Shown in pieces: positions 12,101-20,963 of a stretch of DNA of 64,000 nucleotides (the stretch's first letter is position 1; each line of letters opens with the position of its first letter). Source of the stretch: a virus; IMG/VR virus record IMGVR_UViG_3300021513_000001, positions 50,333-114,332 of that record; one strand, 5' to 3'. The notes under the pieces are model-generated. The model searched no databases, was not told the DNA's origin, and was given only the letters and a program-made list of their open reading frames with translations. Position numbers and translations under genes: made by a program.

Positions 12101-13128
12101 GTTTTATTCAAAAATTCAAAACTAGATTCTGGATATAGATCCTTACTATCTGAGAACCCAACACTAAACACTTTATTAAAATCTAAACTTTTTAAATCAG
12201 ACGTCTTATATATACCCTTTAAATTACCAGCAACGTCTATATAATCAGATTTACCACTACTTTCTACAATATAAGTATAAGAAATAGAACCATCGCTATT
12301 AAAAAATCCAAGCTTTTCTGATATATCCGTATAAACAATTTCTGGTTTTGTATAATCACAATTTAATCTTATTTTATTTCCATCTTTTAATATTTTAAGA
12401 CACGGAATCGGCATAGAATCAAAAAAAGAATTTAATTTACTTAAAATCTCATCTAAAAAGTAATAACCGCGCACAAACTCTACAACAAAATCTATACCAT
12501 ATATATTAAACAAAAAACTAGAATCCTGACTAATATTTATATTATTACTGTTAATAAATTTACCCAATAATATATGTAAATCTTTCCCGCCGCTACACAT
12601 ATAGCTATACTTACTATAATAAGGACACGTAGGCTTAGAACACCTGTATTCAATAGGAGAATATACAGAAAAATATCTTATAAATAAAGGAACTATCTCG
12701 TCATTAAAAATACAAAGCCTTATATTAGTAATTTTTCCCACCCAGGCAGCATTTTGTCTTAAATCTATATCAGAATACAAAAATCCAGTAGTTAATTTTT
12801 CTAAAATTACATTTTCATAGCACTTATCACAAAAATCAAAATCTCCATCCTTCTTCCAAGCAATTTTTAACTTTAAACTGTCAACATTTTTAATATAATA
12901 AACCAGCCTTAACATATAAAAACTACTAGAATCAATAGAATCATCAAACAAAACCTCTAAATAAGAAGATGTATCCATAAAAACACAACAAACATTATCA
13001 TGCTCAGTAATATACAAACTACTTATTGTATTAAAAGATTGTTTGGGAAACTCAAAAATTTTGTTAGTTTCATAAGCACATCTTCCACCAACAAATATAT
13101 AATCAAAAGCTGCTTTAGTTCCATACAT
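3166..13128 (-). CDS. Giant multidomain tail fibre/adhesin (3,320 aa) with ConA/LamG-like and galactose-binding-like sandwiches and a pectin-lyase-like beta-helix
   Basis: Beta-rich, Y/N/S/D-rich. Repeated DDF...W module (DFSEEGVLDYKW, DDFTGNDGDLYDQTLW, DNFNLSDGRSPNLKRW). Beta-helix cap YITLTSAISEASNGEIIYVLPGTY near 6410. Lies downstream of the baseplate genes. Confidence 0.65.
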   Translation of the reverse strand: MYGTKAAFDYIFVGGRCAYETNKIFEFPKQSFNTISSLYITEHDNVCCVFMDTSSYLEVLFDDSIDSSSFYMLRLVYYIKNVDSLKLKIAWKKDGDFDFCDKCYENVILEKLTTGFLYSDIDLRQNAAWVGKITNIRLCIFNDEIVPLFIRYFSVYSPIEYRCSKPTCPYYSKYSYMCSGGKDLHILLGKFINSNNINISQDSSFLFNIYGIDFVVEFVRGYYFLDEILSKLNSFFDSMPIPCLKILKDGNKIRLNCDYTKPEIVYTDISEKLGFFNSDGSISYTYIVESSGKSDYIDVAGNLKGIYKTSDLKSLDFNKVFSVGFSDSKDLYPESSFEFLNKTVIFYTIGVNFDGYLNCFEIYCKALSGGGKILIYRKNKDVYEVVNSYFLSETNKMSKHILDWVCRVYRGDVIGFYNLKIGISRKADFVINYYGVVSGYSDSINKSDIEETSFSSVSFYAYFKAPTNNDIPILAVYNETSYVDKLSFLLEYSDSYDKEFNIIFNNNFNYKILGCQLNVKDDQGNVTEIPGEIVGIDCLSDNILYADVTEIELDNYDYSPPIDLTSIKNKNILRYSWNDYIINVYEYNNYTCSFIPGSVLFYYEFPVAIDICSVLIYSTEEESFDNYLLEILDNTKTSPSFSNIEDVIISEYQIDNWKFDIKNEVKTKGVGVFVYNNKNLPNISFSEIEICTKTGNMLAYVVDVCGFLDCSKMVMFDLNNNGDKKDIYIGTHIKSLVINVCLISNDRVFNLDNINVYSSFVPDDYFVSSNESGEGVLTIYNTRIKPLNCYLLDYTADLLDSLVYEYDFDNDIVHKGFVPTKYTHSEFYFVSSNYINSEYNTYSLKNLLNLENFFVSKYYNFKTTVYDDWYAPYDYLVPGKDGEFVYIDVGLKLRPLKNEAIRWFNYINVNEFYNDIDIELRFNYVGNIEDFVYIGLACCDRNYNNYLRFYSSFQLSPEYGLEFKLENQVDPTYYNFSNVLGRNVGLKIKKRDNAWTFYCFYSDKWHELTTFSLFDTEVLVAISTIFNAPHVKGNIIAEFISCEIKASKVVSGKKIWYTVNDGLSYVYSGNVLDNSTILDNFNKSLTFCRDYTVKKFVYNFNNISLRYLKFVNESSKSIKVTEIKCYIDDVLIPIRQGYVSYSDDLYFGILSGKTSYLDDNVVINYDLSHSIQKGGDDVLSAVGVDLGSNCGVNRAVIYYISETGSYEPCTLMYSYDNITYYDVYDNFSLFSKNAYTTAHYLFNEFVGYKSKNEIAYKFTSNDQYSTDFSEEGVLDYKWIISSPYEVDSGGVWLEHLGSAESLRSRFSIDGAFIIDVYFDGFSDYSSGEASVVLKAVFKNNTYYNDVYVKHRFDNHYVYASHGYKSGGVGSVSGGLRIERTDSVFYFYYRKYGTTWCEIGSYDYGYDYIYPVDVKVYLYGDNSFSLRIKKILLTKGVGIADTDLELLESPGISTLFVRGRKFINEDSYGVVNSELVSKLDYPFSFSWIGGVSSSIPAGGFLINKPYSIGLTYKEKDLSLCWFSEYFVELKIDSVLSYSSDVNTVSSVSVGNYNIDKQLFTNTSDQTIKAIYKSRYDVNTIIDETFKAGEGTFNTSFSGSGFVEYMSDDFTGNDGDLYDQTLWSGSTSNIEIKNNKLHVKYCAEHIYIDTKYTPVGDFNVQVDFELGNYYYSSELSQQLVIYFENGNRFDIRRQGTHSNCGYKTTICIDGDWTTLAQYAAQNDDFGKIRIIKKENIFSSYFLQKNQWFRLVDWMVPEDVNVSYIRLEHSSWDGSSKLECYFDNFVINDDLNSYCDVVIDGNYSYVNDNYIKLEGGNIRTNKIIRSAGVITFECSFTIEDYNNSYSAGFVVCNTPFRSAYYDHTGESIYISYDAGVFRLYIDGYSYSRIYDGDNRLFYPVYGRPYMIGVKFVPGTGTIIYWQGPTNGYLVLDYIINGDLYAWWGNLYGKGTYGNQVTTVHRFRCFEDRILYRELKRDWLFSVGANDNFNLSDGRSPNLKRWAVSGDPRIYNSSLKLMSVNGDKIQSNIFFCAPFEVVLSYNDLSFDFVNGLALSLNVEAYDSYKDRIFGVSKFKVGYNDGTASWVNYYCSGSSGNSSIYHVSNVSNRKLKIINDGYNIQYFLSDGDDWIVILSQDCAKQYYYKVSVEGTGPGVIAYLDSITVDSEEFMTPADAVALVPTAWKFSPTNKAYQDIIYVNLNELVDKCRYFFVDSVVKIDNSIFLSYIEINEDLVKFDGAKVVGDNYITLTSAISEASNGEIIYVLPGTYSIGGYTISKNIIIIGVGNYSDINIVISGSSVKLNGCEVIFKNITITEQLPTNNISFRTQGDKVSYFTMDNCRYVATSSTYVFKIEGTRSFYVYLRKCYFSGLSSYRLAYTASGYLDIMFDILNCRINLSRDYLLKSGNGYQMRSEIYSDSSLYEPIIMDTIPVFVLFSPHNDTNIYLNTPNGLEKIVRSKKNAFNYLSFGNTPGGVTFYGGDNNYYFSEYFMPPVDASFKLFIQGYVDTIRVFDRYQTYNETLNNINIIDNLGISLKLAHNNTIVDYKIYEPINQYSSSLIFGRNTPSIIDEFIWSNIETSSSELLLYYNSYLEKLGYTSCSISDCNIKYKFFIDFGSNVGVGFLTQQQAHNFSNVMYYSDNIDNPCLLTTQCSLSDARWYVLSNNVSKDAFNLDPGVFSVFPTISGCEDSRWEYTGDSKYIDLLSASVLSVSSTLTDVYNVKWKRNKTDINDYMVSSFSDSLVIHLKLFGGGVCDRIVIKSGYNVGTEYAGYITKCSIVMDSVTVFDIEDNINSTIIAEFDSVSFTTIDLIIYETKQVSEFFFNNNLLSGNVVFIEYIKILSFSNVRKFDNTFCNIYELDKTLALESINYSETGVCQPNYYFSKQFVNECVSYSVLDLDSLPAGNFTSVLAKTDGLYDCGFIIDEYTVSVSEDFITASVDSWRVYFGDVELYEEFFYIKGCSTSIGVRFFKNTVFEVGTYYEKFGMDKEWSITDELVLRIYSSNNVDNFYLCIGDKRNGTYYRWNLSLMSGWNTIRLNFYSSYVIKYVFNVVTDSLLFNDLDIFNVWFGGIYLHELGILVLDNIFVDKSSVKNVLSSNKDAFCMHLYYESDSGSVQLDYITYWDSDGKIFGNILSDKVLLSVFSDELCFSLVNKLSGEFVLGVYSYKHDVRTVKKFGKACKFNVNDRIKLKLDWFCKGGCFWSELYVNGFMVGRIQFNIIEIMKLKVFGVMVGGSPVYITSIYNSLGLCGQVNYIKIHSRNRENLLVNDKLFVKHGNEYKNLVESSPLYVGEIQPAEYIKIPIRYEGKSKELNQLNLKIKWSGVY

Positions 13129-13134
13129 AAAATA

Positions 13135-16100
13135 TTATTCTTCTCCTATAGGTTCTCCATTTTCATCATAAAAAAAATAAGCCGTTGGTTTTGTTGGCTG
13201 TTCAATCCAAGTTGAAACATCTACTACATCAGGATAACCAAACATTCCATGCTCTACATGTGTTACAAAAAGAATATTATAAGGAATTACAAAATAATTA
13301 CCAACAGCGGAAGTATTAAAAGAAACATTACACCAATTTAAAAGTTCTAAACATGTTTTTTCTTTTTCGCTTGGAACTTCAGCAAGAATATTTAAGTTAT
13401 CACTATACATATCCAAACACCCACTACAGAAAGCTTTAACTAAATAGGTACTATTACAAGCCGCGAAATGATATGTTGAATAAAAAGAATCTGGATACAA
13501 ATCTAACTTATGACCCGGAGCTACCCACTGCGAAATCGGAACATAACCAAAAGCTTTATATAAATCTGGAACTAAACCCGCATTAAAAATAACATATTCT
13601 TCCGTTCTTGTATTAAAAACTTCGCTTTTCAAACAAAATCGAATAAAAGAAGTAGAATAGTGTATTAACTTAAAAATATCTTTTTCCACAGGTAATACAA
13701 TTTTATCTAACAAAGCCTGTTCCTTATCGTTGTATTCTATATTTTCACATTGTTCAGAAAACTCACCTCCATATCCCTCTTTAAATTCTACATCTCTATC
13801 GGATGAAATACCCCCACTAAGTTTGTATACAAAACCAAAAGGCATAGCATAAAAAACAGAGTCACCAACTTTTATTTTATCATTTAAATTTTCTTTATAT
13901 AAATTAATACCTTTAACTTGTCCACTAATAATATTATCTATATTTCTAGAATAAGTTATAGCTTTTAAAGAACTAACCTTATTAAACGTAACCTCACACA
14001 ACTTTCCACCAGTAAATCTACCACATTTCACTTTAACTTGCATATCATTATAAACATCACAAAAAAATACAACATCATTAAAAACAAATCTATACTTAGT
14101 ACCACAGTACATTATCTTATTATAGTTATCATATGCTTCAAATCTTAACATATAACGGTACTTTCCGCCATCTTCTTTATTTTCGCCACTTGTATCATAT
14201 TCAGGATCTGCCACTAAATTTCCAATACCATAAAATTCCTCAGAGGTTTCTAAACAAACATGTCCAACAGTTGTTGAACAGCTGTATTTCCCAGATAAAA
14301 ACACCCCAAAAGTAAAATCTATAATAAAACAGTCAAAATCAACTTCTATATATACAGATTTACTAGCATCCTTAGCAACCCCATAGCAACAAGAACTGCT
14401 TTCATTGGAACTACCCATAGTTACTGAAAAATTAGAAGAATGAAAACCTTGCAATCGACAATAAATATTACAAGTTTCGTGACTTAAAAACATGTTATCA
14501 AATTCCAAATAAAAACCTCTGTTAATTTTATATTTTATATTTCCCTTTTGTATTACATCATAATCGTTTAACGACATTTCGTCAGTATCATCTTTTTGAA
14601 CCAATGTACCAACACTGTAACAATCAAAATATTTCAAATATACTTTCTGCAATTCTACAATTTTAGTTTCTACTTCCCCATCATTATTTACAACACTCTC
14701 TTCTAACTCAACATAAAACATCCACGGTGGTCCAGAAATATTAGAAGGCCGTTCCTTAACTTTAATATCTATATAACAGGGGTGTGTTATCGAACAAACA
14801 CCAACCCCAGTTAACTTTAATCTTATAGAATCCCCGTACAAATAGCCATTACTATAAGTACACGGTAAATATTCTATTTTAACTTTTTCACCAAAAGGAA
14901 AAGGATCAACAACCGCCCCCATATCACCAACTACCGGCTCGGCTATAGATACAGAAAGACCAACATCGCTATAATAATTATACTTATCTGATGCCGAAAC
15001 TCTAGTATCATATATAACAATTAAAGCAGGTCCAGAAATAACAGGCTCTTCATTACCAAAATTACTTATTTCAATATCCCCGCCTTTATATTTATAATAG
15101 CCTTTTTCTCCCTCTCTTTCTGATTCTATATACTCAATCAAATCATTAAAACAAACACAATCATGTGTTTCAAAAGTAATACTGTCATCATCTGTAAAAC
15201 TAATTATAGAACCAAACAAACCAAAGTCATCAGTAACAAAAACTGGATCTTTCTCTGGTAAATACCCATACTCAAAATTATTATTAAACACAGCGTCATT
15301 ATCAGAATAACCAGACAATTTATAAACATAATTATCATCATTAGGATTAACACCGCTAAGCGTACTAAACGGGACTCTTCCATAATTACTAGAAAAATAA
15401 CACAACCTAAAAAACTTCCCTAATCCGCCAAAAACAGGCAGTACTCCAACATTATTAACTTCTTTTTCTTTATCAAAAATAAAATATGATTTTTTTAAGT
15501 CATCATATGTTTCAAACATACGTAAAGCACCATCACCATAAAAAATAGGTTTAGATTTTATAGAAGCACCCAAAAAAACATAATCATATGCCTGCCGCCA
15601 AGCTGAAGCAAAATGATAATACAACGGAGCTGTTTTTAAATTTATTGCGTTATGCTCATCGTCCGAAATAAAAGACGAAGAACAACAATCAGAATTTTTA
15701 TCAATTATTATAGCACCTATAAAATGAGTAGCCCCGGGTTTGGTTTTAGTATATTCATTTAAACATAGCTTCATAAGTTCAGGACCGTCTGTTTCACATT
15801 CAAGCTTATCATAATGTTCCCAAAAACTATAATTTCCTTCAACCCAAGGTATAACGTACGGTTCTGCAATAAGACTATAAGGTCCAGTAGTTCTACACCC
15901 AAGAGATACATAAGGAGTTTCCTTACTAAGATAATCTTGCGCAAATAATATAAGCTCACAACGACACGGCATATAAGCAGGACGTTTACAAATAAGACTA
16001 GGAAAAAATACAGAATTACTCACAATCATTTCTGCGTCAGTTGTTATCGGCAAAACACTAGGTAAAAGTGTACCTTCTATAGGGCCGTAAGCATCTTTTC

Positions 16101-19100
16101 CTTTATTTTTATAATCAAAAACACACTTACAACCCGGTAAATAAGTATAATTATGATGATAAGGATATAAACATTGGTATATAAAATTAGCGTCTCCAGC
16201 ACGCATACGTTCATATCCGCATATATATTTATTTCTATCATAATTATAAGGCAACATCGGTGGTATATCTATCAAACAATTATATAATATAGATCTAATT
16301 TCACCTGGTTTCGGTTCAACACTTCTATTAACTACAAAACCAGTATCTAAAATGTCAAAATCTCTATAAGAACTAACATCTAAAACAACACATTCATCAA
16401 TCCCTTCTGAATTTTCTAATGTTCCAGACGTAACAGGCCCTATAATATATTCTCGTGGTTTAACAATAACTATTGAATCATTCTCCCCATCCTTGAAAAT
16501 TATTGGTATAGATCTCCACGGAACAGATGCATTTGACGGTAAATATGTAGGAGCAACTTCAAAAGTAGTAGTAGAACTTGCAGATTTATAATAATTTAAG
16601 ACGTCTATACTATAAAAAGACGATGAATACCTATAAGGGTTTATAGAACCAAAATAATCATCTATAAATAAATACTTAAAATCACTAAACTCAAAATCAT
16701 CCCCACTATAGGGTTTAAAAATTAAATCAGTACAGCTAAATCCTCTAATATATCTTCTATAAATATTATTCTGACCATCTTTAAAATGTTTAACCCCTGG
16801 ATAATCAGCAAATTCGTTATACCTAGATACCTCACATGCTCTAAACGGAAACCACATAGGACCTACAAACCTAGAACACGGTCTTGCCCTTCGCATACCA
16901 ATACCATATTTATCATAATCTCCTGTATAATAAACACCATCAAAAGATCTACCTTCAACAACAGGATCTTCTATTTCACCAGCTAAAGGAAAATCTGAAG
17001 CCCTATCGTACAGATATGGAGTAGTGTTTCCTAAAACAAAATCATGATCTCCACAGTAACTGCAATATATATAATCTATTGAATCTAATTCAATATATAA
17101 AATACTTTTCCCTTGTGCAAACCCTTTAATTATATCTTCTTCACTAATTTCTGATAATTGAGAGTGCGCTAATGTTCTATACACGTCCAAAAATAAATTA
17201 CGAGCTTTTACCATAGACTGTAAACCAATGAATCCGTAATTATCCATTGTTTTTTTATATTTAATCCACCAATTAGATGTAAATAAAAAACCGTAATCAA
17301 TAGATGCAGTTCTATTATCTTGATTTGTTCCTCTATTCCTATACTTAGTATCTCTATATTTTTCATGAATTATAACATAAAAAGGATTAATAAAAAAATC
17401 TAAATTATTACTATCTATAACTTTTTCAAAAGGATTTAATCCAGTATTATACGAATATGTATAAACATCATATTTTGATTTCCATTTATACATCACCTCT
17501 GGATCTGGTAACCCAACCTGCGATACTACTACTGGTATTCTTTTTAATATTGGTATAATATTTTCTTTATATTTTATAAAAAATAAATAATCTTGAACAA
17601 ACTTGCTTACACCTAAAATATAAAAATAAAAAAACTCATTAAACTTACAATTAAAATTATCAAAAACAATCTTATCAAAAATAGATTCTTCTTCGTTTTC
17701 TGGATATTTATTATCTAACTCAAGTTTATCTTTATTGAATCCACAAATAGGAAGACCAAAAAACCTACAAACTTCTGAAATATGTGTCAAATTATGTTTT
17801 ATTTCTACATATTTCTCCTCTTGCTCTTCTTGCTCTTTTTTCTTTTTTAATTCTAATGCTATATAAAAATCAGAAATACTATTACTAAATAAACGAGCCC
17901 AAGGGTTATTTTCTTTCCCCTCTAAAAAACTAATAGAAAAAGGCTCATAAAATTTATTATTTATATAAGATCTTACAGTTTTTTCATATAAATATTTAAA
18001 ATTATATTCTTTCTGTCCCAAAGCTCCATGAGCACCTTCTCTTTTTTCTTGACACTCATTTAAATCTTCAACAGCAGTTAAAGGCTTTTCACCTCTAATA
18101 AGTTTTTGAATATTAGAGTTTTCATAATCCCTTTGTTCCTCTTCTTGTTTTTTAATAACGTCTTCAAAAAGAAATTTAAAACTTAAATAAGAAAAATAAA
18201 AATAAAAAACACTCTTTATATCCTCTTGTTTATATGTAGCACCCGTCCCTTCGTCTACTTCCAAATCGCAAGTTACTTTGATATAATACGGACTATTAAA
18301 TGGGTTCTTAATAAGATTAGACAATGATATATTTGTTTCAGTATCCCCATCGTCTTCCTCACTACATTTTTGTTCAACTTTAATAGGATCTTCACAAACA
18401 CCTTTATCTTTTGATAAATCTTTCATATCAAAAGATTCTACATTATCACATTCTTCAGGTATAAAAAGATTTTCTTTCTTACACCCTTCAGTTTTAGTAA
18501 AATATTCTACCTTATTACCGATAACAAGAGTAAATTCTAACTTAACTTCATCAGCAAAATCACTATTATATTCTTCTACATCTGGTATTAGTATAACAAC
18601 ACCGGCTGGAAGAGATCTTAAAAGTATAATAGTTTCTTCTTCTAAAACTTCTTCACTTTGTGGTTGGCTTCTATTCGGATTTGGCTGTCTTTCATCAGAT
18701 ATATCCTCTTCAATTAAAACATTTTCTGCCTTTTTAACTGAAAAAGAAAAATCAGAATTTATATCATAGTATTCAAACATCGGATGATATGCTTGATACT
18801 TTGTTTTATATTTATATGAATTATACGTACAATCTTTAATATAAAACGGATATACTTGATTTTTTATTTTTAAAATTATTACATTTTTAAAAAATATTAC
18901 ATCGCCATCTTCAAACTCTGTCTTTGTTTTATTAACATTTATATCAATTTTATATTTTTTCTCTTTCTTCTCTAATGTCCATAAATATTTTCTTGTTTCT
19001 TCATTAAAATAATACCACTGTAATGGTAAAGAAGTCATTGTAACTTCTTCGGTTAAACCAGCATTCAAAGAAAAAACCCTTGCACCAAACGATAAATCTT

Positions 19101-20223
19101 GACCTTTATAATCAGCATGTATTTTAGGACATTCATCTATATTTACATTTTTATATGAAACATCCAAAGTATAATTTGTAGCAAGATCATAAATACAATT
19201 TGATGCAAAACTAATATCATTATAAAACATTTCTAAGTTTACACAAACAGCTTTATTAGCATCAAACATACCAACACTAACTTTACTTAAAACAAACATA
19301 CTATTATTAAATACTATATTACTATCTGAATATACAATTAAACATTTAGATAAATCAAATCTCGAACATAAAGTTGCTAAAGATACTCCAAAACCAATCT
19401 TGTCACATTTAATTAGAAGATCGCTATTTTGTTTATCTGACAATTTATGAAATATTTCTTCAAAAACAACAGATAAGTTTTGATTCCCTTCATTAAAAAC
19501 ACCTGTTTTAAAAAAATCATTTATAAGTGTAAAAGTATTTTCTGAAAGATTCAATTCAGAAATACAAATAACATAAGTATCACCATTACCAGGAACATCC
19601 AATAAAACAGATATATAATTTCCTTGATAAATTATTTCATTAACATTTAATGGATAAATAGCTCTCGGTAAAAAAAACTCAAAAAAATCATCTGTAACAA
19701 AATCGACATAATCTTTATACTCAACAGAGGGTGGATGGTAAGGCAGAGAAACAATTTCATTATCTTTAATATAAACACGCCTAGGTAAAACAACTACAGT
19801 TCTCAAAGGATCTTCATCTATTCCCCAATACGAAGATACCCCTTTTTCATAAGCTAAAACATTAACTGCATCATAAGTACACTGGTGTTTCAAATAAGCA
19901 CTAAATAGTTCTACAATATGCTGAGCTAAAATATACCGACCATCTTTTACATATTCTTTATTTAAATATTTAAACACACCTGTATAATATCTACACCTTA
20001 CTTTCGCACCAACACACGGGGTTTTTAAATCTTCTCCGGGATTTTCTGCTTCTTCGTCACTGCTATATTCATCTGCCTTTAATTTACACTTACCTTCAAA
20101 ATAAAACAAACATGGGGACACCCTAGCCATAGCTCTTTCTAATAAAACTCTTACATATTGAGAGCTATATAATTTTTCAAAAAATAAACCAGACTTTCCA
20201 AAAAAACGATACTCATCAGCCAT
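13135..20223 (-). CDS. Giant Cys-rich hypothetical virion protein (2,362 aa), possibly a tail tip or central fibre component
   Basis: Long ORF 6 nt from its neighbours in the tail operon. Cys clusters (CLFYFEGKC...CVGAKVRCRYY; CSYCGDHD). No family recognised. Confidence 0.55.
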   Translation of the reverse strand: MADEYRFFGKSGLFFEKLYSSQYVRVLLERAMARVSPCLFYFEGKCKLKADEYSSDEEAENPGEDLKTPCVGAKVRCRYYTGVFKYLNKEYVKDGRYILAQHIVELFSAYLKHQCTYDAVNVLAYEKGVSSYWGIDEDPLRTVVVLPRRVYIKDNEIVSLPYHPPSVEYKDYVDFVTDDFFEFFLPRAIYPLNVNEIIYQGNYISVLLDVPGNGDTYVICISELNLSENTFTLINDFFKTGVFNEGNQNLSVVFEEIFHKLSDKQNSDLLIKCDKIGFGVSLATLCSRFDLSKCLIVYSDSNIVFNNSMFVLSKVSVGMFDANKAVCVNLEMFYNDISFASNCIYDLATNYTLDVSYKNVNIDECPKIHADYKGQDLSFGARVFSLNAGLTEEVTMTSLPLQWYYFNEETRKYLWTLEKKEKKYKIDINVNKTKTEFEDGDVIFFKNVIILKIKNQVYPFYIKDCTYNSYKYKTKYQAYHPMFEYYDINSDFSFSVKKAENVLIEEDISDERQPNPNRSQPQSEEVLEEETIILLRSLPAGVVILIPDVEEYNSDFADEVKLEFTLVIGNKVEYFTKTEGCKKENLFIPEECDNVESFDMKDLSKDKGVCEDPIKVEQKCSEEDDGDTETNISLSNLIKNPFNSPYYIKVTCDLEVDEGTGATYKQEDIKSVFYFYFSYLSFKFLFEDVIKKQEEEQRDYENSNIQKLIRGEKPLTAVEDLNECQEKREGAHGALGQKEYNFKYLYEKTVRSYINNKFYEPFSISFLEGKENNPWARLFSNSISDFYIALELKKKKEQEEQEEKYVEIKHNLTHISEVCRFFGLPICGFNKDKLELDNKYPENEEESIFDKIVFDNFNCKFNEFFYFYILGVSKFVQDYLFFIKYKENIIPILKRIPVVVSQVGLPDPEVMYKWKSKYDVYTYSYNTGLNPFEKVIDSNNLDFFINPFYVIIHEKYRDTKYRNRGTNQDNRTASIDYGFLFTSNWWIKYKKTMDNYGFIGLQSMVKARNLFLDVYRTLAHSQLSEISEEDIIKGFAQGKSILYIELDSIDYIYCSYCGDHDFVLGNTTPYLYDRASDFPLAGEIEDPVVEGRSFDGVYYTGDYDKYGIGMRRARPCSRFVGPMWFPFRACEVSRYNEFADYPGVKHFKDGQNNIYRRYIRGFSCTDLIFKPYSGDDFEFSDFKYLFIDDYFGSINPYRYSSSFYSIDVLNYYKSASSTTTFEVAPTYLPSNASVPWRSIPIIFKDGENDSIVIVKPREYIIGPVTSGTLENSEGIDECVVLDVSSYRDFDILDTGFVVNRSVEPKPGEIRSILYNCLIDIPPMLPYNYDRNKYICGYERMRAGDANFIYQCLYPYHHNYTYLPGCKCVFDYKNKGKDAYGPIEGTLLPSVLPITTDAEMIVSNSVFFPSLICKRPAYMPCRCELILFAQDYLSKETPYVSLGCRTTGPYSLIAEPYVIPWVEGNYSFWEHYDKLECETDGPELMKLCLNEYTKTKPGATHFIGAIIIDKNSDCCSSSFISDDEHNAINLKTAPLYYHFASAWRQAYDYVFLGASIKSKPIFYGDGALRMFETYDDLKKSYFIFDKEKEVNNVGVLPVFGGLGKFFRLCYFSSNYGRVPFSTLSGVNPNDDNYVYKLSGYSDNDAVFNNNFEYGYLPEKDPVFVTDDFGLFGSIISFTDDDSITFETHDCVCFNDLIEYIESEREGEKGYYKYKGGDIEISNFGNEEPVISGPALIVIYDTRVSASDKYNYYSDVGLSVSIAEPVVGDMGAVVDPFPFGEKVKIEYLPCTYSNGYLYGDSIRLKLTGVGVCSITHPCYIDIKVKERPSNISGPPWMFYVELEESVVNNDGEVETKIVELQKVYLKYFDCYSVGTLVQKDDTDEMSLNDYDVIQKGNIKYKINRGFYLEFDNMFLSHETCNIYCRLQGFHSSNFSVTMGSSNESSSCCYGVAKDASKSVYIEVDFDCFIIDFTFGVFLSGKYSCSTTVGHVCLETSEEFYGIGNLVADPEYDTSGENKEDGGKYRYMLRFEAYDNYNKIMYCGTKYRFVFNDVVFFCDVYNDMQVKVKCGRFTGGKLCEVTFNKVSSLKAITYSRNIDNIISGQVKGINLYKENLNDKIKVGDSVFYAMPFGFVYKLSGGISSDRDVEFKEGYGGEFSEQCENIEYNDKEQALLDKIVLPVEKDIFKLIHYSTSFIRFCLKSEVFNTRTEEYVIFNAGLVPDLYKAFGYVPISQWVAPGHKLDLYPDSFYSTYHFAACNSTYLVKAFCSGCLDMYSDNLNILAEVPSEKEKTCLELLNWCNVSFNTSAVGNYFVIPYNILFVTHVEHGMFGYPDVVDVSTWIEQPTKPTAYFFYDENGEPIGEE

Positions 20224-20229
20224 TGTCTA

Positions 20230-20547
20230 CTAATCCACTACGCGCATTTTCATATTACCTGTATACTCATCTACAACATATTCAACTTTAAGGTTTCCCT
20301 CGTAATACCCTATTATTCGTTGTTCTATTATTGGTACTTTTTCTCCTGGAGCAATAGACGCTCTTTTCCTTTGTATATATGCTTGTTTATTTTCTAATTT
20401 CCATTTTCTTCCTTCAAAAATCAAAGTCAAAGATTTTATTTCTTTTTTTGGAACACTTGCCCAATCCGTATCGCACTCCCACAAAGTAGTTCCATCATAA
20501 AGTTCTACTATCCAACCTCTTCGCATCTTTCCATTTAAAACACTCAT
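20230..20547 (-). CDS. Hypothetical protein (about 105 aa)
   Basis: Track ORF 20230..20604. Preferred start is the ATG at 20547 (MSVLNGKMRRGW), which has GGAG 7 nt upstream. Confidence 0.7.
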   Translation of the reverse strand: MSVLNGKMRRGWIVELYDGTTLWECDTDWASVPKKEIKSLTLIFEGRKWKLENKQAYIQRKRASIAPGEKVPIIEQRIIGYYEGNLKVEYVVDEYTGNMKMRVVD

Positions 20548-20646
20548 ACAATATCTCCAGATTTTTGTATTTTTTATTATCTCTATTTTAAAATTAGTAG
20601 ACAAATTGATTTATCTCTCAATTAAAATGTACACAATTATCATACC

Positions 20647-20678
20647 AAAAACCCGAAGGTTCCAAACCTTCGGGTTTT
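20647..20678. terminator. Intrinsic terminator, potentially bidirectional
   Basis: Perfect inverted repeat AAAACCCGAAGGTT-CCA-AACCTTCGGGTTTT giving a U tract on both strands. Confidence 0.85.
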
Positions 20679-20963
20679 ATCTTCCATAATATCTATACAC
20701 AAATTATACAAGTAATTTATTCCAAACAGCGTTTGAAGCTTCTCAAGCTATTCTCAATCTAATAATTCACGTTAATGCTTGAATACTTTATCCGAACACG
20801 CTTTTTTTGTTAAAACTTACTGTTTAGCAGAGATCTCTTATTATTTGAATATCGAGAGCTAGTGTCAGGTTTTGCTTTCACAAAACATATTATATGCATT
20901 TTCTGTGCCAAAATTTGAAAGCCTGTATCTCCGACCAGCGAACGAAGATCTACGCTCTAAATG

